From NCBI GenBank assembly GCA_951406725.2, contig OX597833.1, positions 63,550,001-63,614,000 of the forward strand: a stretch of DNA of 64,000 nt, given 5' to 3'. Every line of letters begins with the position of its first letter. The first letter of the stretch is position 1. The stretch comes from Octopus vulgaris (taxonomy: Eukaryota). The notes below the pieces were generated by a model that made no database searches, was not told where the DNA came from, and worked only from the letters and a program-made list of their open reading frames with translations. A program made the translations under genes and the position numbers. Below are positions 57,199 through 64,000 of the stretch, piece after piece.

Positions 57199-57534
57199 TT
57201 ACGGAGATGTACTTGCATAGCAAGTGATTTGATCTGAGATCGTGTGCTGAAACGAAAACAATTGCAGCGTGGAAGGTGTTTGTAAGCCATTTAAGAAACA
57301 CACTAAAGCCGTTCGATTCACTTCAACATTTAAGTTTAATTTGTCAAAATATTTTCGTCGCTTTAAGACCGCGACCTGTTCACTGACAAAAATTCGCAGC
57401 ACGGATTTTTGTCAGTGAACAGGTCGCGGTCTTAAAGCGACGAAAATATTTTGACAAATTAAACTTAAATGTTGAAGTTAATCGAACGGCTTTAGTGTGT
57501 TTCTTAAATGGCTTACAAATACCTTCCACGATGC

Positions 57535-57538
<4 letters not shown>
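57199..57538 (-). mobile_element. Fold-back insert with about 135-bp inverted arms, in TA-rich repeats
   Basis: Arms about 57260-57396 and 57402-57538; a fragment of the same family lies at 1975-2017. Confidence 0.88.
57408..57458 (+). ncRNA. Minimal type I hammerhead ribozyme, G3:C8 core (mirror copy 57340-57390, minus)
   Basis: TTTGTCA-GTGAACA-g-GTCGC-ggtcttaaa-GCGAC-GAAA-ATAT-TT-TGACAAA: 7-bp stem I, 5-bp stem II. Confidence 0.78.
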
Positions 57539-57599
<61 letters not shown>

Positions 57600-57606
57600 C
57601 ATATAT

Positions 57607-58068
57607 ATAGGGGTAGGTTATCCTGTTCAGGCTATATGATTAGCATTATCCTGCGTTTGAGAATTTAAAATCACTTCGTTAACTTTCTAAGACATCTCAA
57701 CGCTTCTAAAGCAAAGTTCGTTTGTTTGATTACGTTCGTCGTAATTTGAATTTAACGTATGATAGTGTCTCATAAAGCGAGATTTCTATATATCTTAAAA
57801 TTTGCAGAAGAATTTGTGGTGTGGTTTAGATTAATGGTTCAGAGCACTACGACGCGTAATCACAGAAGTGTGAGTTCATGTCTCATAGCCGGCCACCAAC
57901 ACTTTTTCTGCAAAATAGGGGTAGCTTAACCTGTTCAGGCTATATTATTAGCATTATCCTGCCTGCGTTTGAGAATTTAAAATCACTTCTTTAACTTTCT
58001 AAGACATCTCAACGCTTCTAAAAGCAAACTTCGTTTGTTTGTTTACGTTCATCGTAATTTAAATTTAA
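57607..58068. repeat. About 150-bp direct repeat (period 308 bp) around a tRNA-like relic
   Basis: 57607-57755 is similar to 57915-58068. Confidence 0.8.
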
Positions 58069-58663
58069 TACATATATCATATTTTTCCGGATGAAAATAC
58101 TTTTTCCGTTAAGGGCGTAATTCCCTAGGTTTTCAAAGTTTTTTTATACCATACTTTATATAAGGGATTCCTTTCATTTTCCTATGAATACATATAAATA
58201 AAAACCATTAGAAGAATCAATTTTATTAGACGGAGTCCGATAAATTGCATCCAATAAATGGAACTGGTTTTGGAGCTGATATGGATTATTTATTTAATTC
58301 AACCAGACAGATGTTTCTATCGCAAAGGACCAAATTTCGGGTACACAATTGAAGGGTAGGCATTTCAACGAAAATAATACATATTAATATATTATGTCAT
58401 TTTGAACTCATCCGTAAACGTAGCCCTCAATTCTCTCTTCTTTGCTGGTCACTGAGATATACAGGGAGGTACTAATAAGTAGATAGTCATACGAATGAAA
58501 GGAACTGAATACTAACAAAGTTACACTCGTAAGGTTTAGTTCTAAATTTGAATTAGCGAGTGAAAGGAATAAAATACAATTTAATTAGAAAACAAAATCA
58601 ATAGATTTCGTTTATGGATTTGGTTTGCAAGATTCTTTATATGAGTTCGTGTGTTTAAGCATA

Positions 58664-58887
58664 TTCTGTTGTGTCTGGGGAGAGTCATTTTCTTTTTGTG
58701 CCTTATAATGTAACACACTCACCGGTAAAATTTGCACTTATTTCTTATTTTCATTTTCCTAAAATTTTCGTTGCGTCTTGCAACCTTTTCAATAGTCTTG
58801 AAATAAGAAATAAGTGGAAATTTTACCGGTGAGTATGTTACATTATAAGGTACAAAAAGAATATGACTCTCCCCAGACACAACAGAA
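58664..58887. repeat. Inverted repeat with 87-bp arms and an HHR in the spacer
   Basis: Arms 58664-58750 and 58801-58887. Confidence 0.88.
58759..58795 (-). ncRNA. Minimal type I hammerhead ribozyme, U3:A8 core
   Basis: CTA-TTGAAAA-g-GTTGC-aagac-GCAAC-GAAA-AT-TT-TAG; same layout as 57408, but stem I is only 3 bp. Confidence 0.6.
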
Positions 58888-59040
58888 ATTAATATAAGAT
58901 GATCACAAAGAAGAAAATTAAAGGTACTAATTCTAAATATTTAAGTAATTAATTATTATCCACTGATGAGTTTCAAATGACATAATATAATAAGGTGCAT
59001 TACCTTTGTTGAAATACCTGTTCTTCAATTGTATACCTGG

Positions 59041-59400
59041 AAATTCTGTTGACTGTTCTTTGATCCACTTCTTCACTACAGTTTTCACTTTCTCGTCACT
59101 GGAATAATGTTTGCCTCTCAAACCCTCTATCATGGGGCCGAAGAGATGATAGTCCAGTGACGAGGAAGTGAAAACTGTAGTGAAGAAGTGGCTCAAAGAA
59201 CAGTCAACAGAATTTTACGGGGCAGGGATACATGCTCCCATTCTAAGGTGGAACATTGCTATTGAGAGAAATGGTGGATATGTTGAGAAGTAGGGATGTG
59301 ATCCACAGAGGACCAGCTTCATTTTGATGTATGATACATGTTCCTGTGTTGGTAATTATACCTCTCCTAAACAAAATGGCATTACTTTTTGACTCACCCT
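59041..59400 (+). pseudogene. Mariner transposase C-terminus with inverted duplication, plus probable 3' TIR
   Basis: Minus strand DYHLFGPMIEGLRGKHYSSDEKVKTVVKKWIKEQSTEF; plus strand SSDEEVKTVVKKWLKEQSTEFYGAGIHAPILRWNIAIERNGGYVEK*; ends ATTACTTTTTGACTCACCCT. Confidence 0.88.
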
Positions 59401-59431
59401 TCTATATACATACGTAATACATACATACATA

Positions 59432-59558
<127 letters not shown>

Positions 59559-59561
59559 GTA

Positions 59562-59638
<77 letters not shown>

Positions 59639-60200
59639 AGCTATTATGAAGACTGTGTGCGAGTTTGCAAAAATTTCTGAAGCTTCATTTTGATATATCC
59701 AACAAAACGAAATCTTTGAAAAATGATAACCGAATGAATTTATTAGCTTTAAACATAAGCTCCGCTCTCTCCGCTCGTCCATTTTGAAAATGACAAACAT
59801 TATTACATATGCAAACCATGTTACAAACTCTGTAGCTCTAGAATTCCGATTAGCAGCTGATTTCCAATTTTATCTTGAATAACATTAGTTATTCTAGCCG
59901 GAAAGTCATCAATAGAACGAGCATTAAGCTGAATAAACAGTTGTCTTTACATGTCCGTATAAAATAAAGTTGAAGTAATTATGAATTTGTTTCTTTTCTT
60001 TTTTTTTTAATTAATGTGATATTATAATAAATGTTTTGATCGATGTCGATAAATTAAATGCACCGGTTTTCCAAATATGAGTGTTCTTTACAGTTTAATT
60101 CATTAATTCTGTCATATACAGAGTGAAATCTAATAACTATAAATTAAAAAAAAATTTTAATTGAACAAGCCGTTTATAATAGCTTTAAATATGTGTGTGT

Positions 60201-60342
<142 letters not shown>

Positions 60343-60471
60343 GCATATATATATATATATATGCATATATATATACGCATATATATATGCATATATATAC
60401 ATATATAGACATTTGTTTATATGTGCGTGTGCGAGTATTTAAACATATACAGACACATGAATATGTTTATT

Positions 60472-60571
<100 letters not shown>

Positions 60572-61129
60572 GAGAGAGAGAAAGGGGAAGAGAGAGAGAG
60601 AGGAAGAGTGAGAGAGAGAGAGAGATACATACATGCATATATATAGGGAGAGGGTGAGAGAGAGAGAGAGCGAAAGAGAGAGATACTTAGAGAAAGTCTG
60701 TTCTTAATCAAAGCTTGATCACTTCTTGTTAGATGTGCATTTTTCGTGCAAGTTCACATTAATGGCTTTCGAGTCGCAAAAGCTTTCTGAAATTTGCATA
60801 ACACAACAGTGTCAATATGTCTCACCTCAAGTGTTACAGCGCCCTTCGTATTGTCTTTTTTATTGATATTTAAATGCCTTTTTGAGAAGGCATTTAAATA
60901 TCAACACATACAAAGCTTCTTGGAGCTTTGTACGTCTTGGGCCAACTGCATGAAGTTGACTTCTGAAATATGAACTTAAGCCAGCCTTAGATAAACGAGT
61001 CTTTCCACCCATTCAACAGATGAATGATGACTCTAGTTCTTTGTTTAGCAAGATACGATTTATCCAAAACTCTCTTTGAATGTTTGCATTTCTGTTTGTT
61101 TTCTTCAAAATTTTTTATTCTATTCCAAA

Positions 61130-61194
61130 TCTTAACCACTACGCTATATGCCCACTACTAAAACCAAGATTCCGAGTTCGATTCCAGGCAGTGA

Positions 61195-61283
<89 letters not shown>

Positions 61284-61456
61284 TAAACAATAGGCGCAGG
61301 AGTGGCTGTGTGGTAAGTAGATTGTTTACCAACCACATGGTCCGGGTTCAGTCCCACTGCGTGGCACCTTGGGCAAGTGTCTTCTACTATAGTCTCGGGC
61401 CGACCAAAGCCTTGTGAGTGGATTTGGTAGACGGAAACTGAAAGAAGCCCGTCGTA

Positions 61457-61533
<77 letters not shown>

Positions 61534-61790
61534 GTGTGTGTGTTTGTGTGTCTGTGTTTGTCCCCCTAGCATTGCTTGACAACCGATGCTGCTGTGTTTA
61601 TGTCCCCGTTACTTAGCGGTTCGGCAAAAGAGACCGATAGAATAAGTACTGGGCTTACAAAAGAATAAGTCCCGGGGTCGAGGTGCTCGATTAAAGGCAG
61701 TGCTCCAGCATGGCCGCAGTCAAATGACTGAAACAAGTAAAAGAGAAAGAGTAATGTACATAATTCATCACCTCTTAGATATAGAACAGT
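61130..61790 (+). mobile_element. Second family D element (inverted A-box segment, (AAT)n, 3' end), split by a family A SINE
   Basis: 61130-61154 is the reverse complement of TGGGCATATAGCGTAGTGGTTAAGA; CTACTAA...GAGTTCGATTCCAGGCAGTGACCTGAA matches 10635-10680; the 3' CTCTTAGATATAGAACAG matches 10703-10728. Confidence 0.7.
61293..61752 (+). mobile_element. SINE family A, full length
   Basis: Matches 11397-11811. Confidence 0.92.
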
Positions 61791-62086
61791 ACAATATACA
61801 CGTCCACTCGTGACCGAGGAAGACCATTGCCGACCTTCAGGAACATTGTGCGCTCTAGGACTGACTTACATTTTGCATTTGCTGCTCCCTTTGGTGGCTA
61901 ATGAACCCTGCTCTTGACAAGCATACACGACTGCAAACATTGCAGACCAAGCTTTCCTCCATTCACTACACTAGCCGTGCTCTTTCGAGCAGCACGCTTA
62001 AATACTTCATGCAGAATCCGTGCTCTCACAAAAGTGTTGATCTCTTCCTTAACCTGCTTCCTCCATCTGTGGCGATGACATCTGTG

Positions 62087-62674
62087 GTCTGCCGTTACGT
62101 TCTGAGTTCATATTCCGCCGAGGTCGACTTTACCTATCATTCTTTCGGGTTCGATTAAATAAGTACCAGATGGTGGAAGCACTCCGTCGGTTACGACGAC
62201 GAGGGTTCCGGTTGATCCGATCAACGGAACAGCCTACTCGTGAAATTAACGTGTAAGTGGTTGAGCACTCCACAGACACGTGCACCCTTAATGTAGTTCT
62301 CGGGGGATATTCAGCGTGACACAGAGAGTGACAAGGCCGGCCCTTTGAAATACAGGTACAACAGAAACAGGAAGTAAGAGTGAGAGAAAGTTGTGGTGAA
62401 AGAGTACAGCAGGGATCACCACCATCCCTGCCGGAGCCTCGTGGAGCTTTAGGTGTTTTCGCTCGATAAACACTCACAACGCCCGGTCTGGGAATCGAAA
62501 CCGCGATCCCACGAACGCGAGTTCGCTGCCCTAACCACTGAGCCATTGCGCCTCCACAAGTACCAGATACGCACTGGGGTCGATATAATCGACTTAATCC
62601 GTTTGTCTGTCCTTGTTTGTCCTCTCTGTATTTAGCCTCTTGTGGGTTGTAAAGAAATAGGTATTTCGTCTGCC
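62087..62674 (+). mobile_element. SINE family C headless unit, interrupted by a family B insertion
   Basis: Begins and ends with GTCTGCC; split at AAGTACCAGAT. Confidence 0.85.
62172..62557 (-). mobile_element. SINE family B head with tail type 3, 11-bp TSD
   Basis: TSD AAGTACCAGAT at 62161-62171 and 62558-62568. Confidence 0.9.
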
Positions 62675-62753
62675 AGTCAGTCTCCTGCATATCACAGGCC
62701 TTTAATAGTACGTAGATAGGGTTATAATCCCATCTTATTCCGTTATTCTAATA

Positions 62754-63151
62754 TCTTTATATATAAAAGTGAAGTTGTGTGTCTGTCTCCTACGATTTAG
62801 ATTCCTAACTACTCCCACATTTTGCGGTGCAGTGTAACCAAAAGCGGGTATCTTATAGACGTGATTCATATCGATCCCTTCTGGGTATTAGCGCGCGTCT
62901 ACGATGAGTCTACGATTAAAAAAAAATTACCATAATTTTTCCGTATTTTTAATGCATTTTCGCTCGGTTTATATACGGGAAGTAACTCTCTAAAAATGCA
63001 TTATTAAATCTCAGAACGTAAAAAGCTACAGTAACACCCCACCCCCTTTGTGGTTAGCCATATTGAGTTGGCTATTATACTTTACATCTCTAAAAATGCT
63101 TATATAGTCATTTCCCTTACAAACCCGAGCAACGCCGGGTGATACTGCTAG
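62754..63151 (+). mobile_element. Non-autonomous Helitron
   Basis: A|TCTTTATATATAAAAG 5' end; subterminal hairpin CCCG-agcaacgc-CGGG; 3' CTAG|T; no TSD. Confidence 0.8.
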
Positions 63152-63489
63152 TAATATATAGATGTATTTCCATGAAGCATGCATAAGAGTTGAAAACTAA
63201 TGGACAATAGTTTTTACAAAGGAATCATATATCAAAATAGGAGATCCGAAAAAAATTGGTATTATTTATTCTGCATTATGTGTGTTTTATTTCCTACGAA
63301 AGTGTACTTGTAGGAAAAAAATCCTACGAAAGTGTACTTGTAGGAAAAAATATCTAAGAGATCTCCTATTAGGAATTCCTCAGATAAATAATCAAAGTAA
63401 TTAGTCATTCGATTCTCTGTCTGATGAGTTTCTAATAAGAAATGTCTTGAAAGGTTTTTTTTTTTCTACATGGACACCTTTGTAACTAT

Positions 63490-63616
63490 TATTATCATCA
63501 CCATCATCACCATCACCATCACCCCCCCACCATCATCATCATCATCATCCTCATCATCATCATCATCATCACTACCACAACCACCACCACCCACCACCAC
63601 CACCACCACCACCACC

Positions 63617-63699
<83 letters not shown>

Positions 63700-63722
63700 T
63701 ATCATTATTATTATTATTATTA

Positions 63723-63779
<57 letters not shown>
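63490..63779. repeat. (CAT)n/(CAC)n/(TAT)n compound microsatellite
   Basis: Read directly. Confidence 0.95.
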
Positions 63780-63880
63780 GCGGCGAGCTTAGCAGATCCG
63801 TTAGCATGCCGGGTGAAATGTTAAGCGGTACTTCATCTGCTACTACGTCCTGAGTTCAAATTCGGCTGAGGTCGACTTTG
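63780..63880 (+). mobile_element. SINE family C head
   Basis: GCGGCGAGCTTAGCAGATCCGTTAGCATGCCGGGTGAAATG...GAGTTCAAATTCGGCTGAGGTCGACTTTG. Confidence 0.8.
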
Positions 63881-63921
63881 GAAGGGAAACATACAAACGT
63901 TTTTTCCAATGTTCTGTTTTG

Positions 63922-63978
<57 letters not shown>

Positions 63979-64000
63979 ACGGAAGGAATCGATCTATCTA

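Noticed and set aside
58968-59030. Isolated CTGATGAG (also at about 56810 and 63421)
   Set aside because: No convincing stem II-GAAA-stem III-stem I arrangement.
60863-60904. 18-bp-arm hairpin resembling a terminator
   Set aside because: Eukaryotic context with no gene; more likely a small fold-back relic.

Overview
AT-rich animal genomic DNA, most likely a cephalopod (octopus-type). This is inferred from the SINE families and repeat landscape, not from a database search. No host exon, intact tRNA/rRNA gene or CRISPR array is supportable. Nearly all tracked ORFs are microsatellite translations ((TA)n, (TACA)n, (CA)n, (TAA)n, (ATCT)n, (GAT)n, (CTT)n). The rest of the window is mobile DNA: three tRNA-derived SINE families (about 30 copies), fragments of Tx1/L1-like, R4/Dong-like and RTE-like LINEs, two Tc1/mariner remnants, a non-autonomous Helitron and two Penelope-like (PLE) reverse-transcriptase remnants, one missed entirely by the ORF track. 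The main hidden signal is non-coding: about 10 well-formed and about 10 decayed type I hammerhead ribozymes (HHRs), folded by eye. They sit in short inserts that mostly end at (TA)n tracts, often as long fold-back palindromes, and show four core variants (C3:G8, U3:A8, G3:C8, U4C) with tiny, mostly palindromic stem III. The best candidates for novelty are a 490-nt HHR monomer present as a 1.3x tandem copy with identical 144-bp repeats (48760-49393; retrozyme/circRNA-like) and a tRNA-headed SINE carrying an HHR relic, whose two copies both show twin-priming-type inversions (10250-10742 and 61130-61790).
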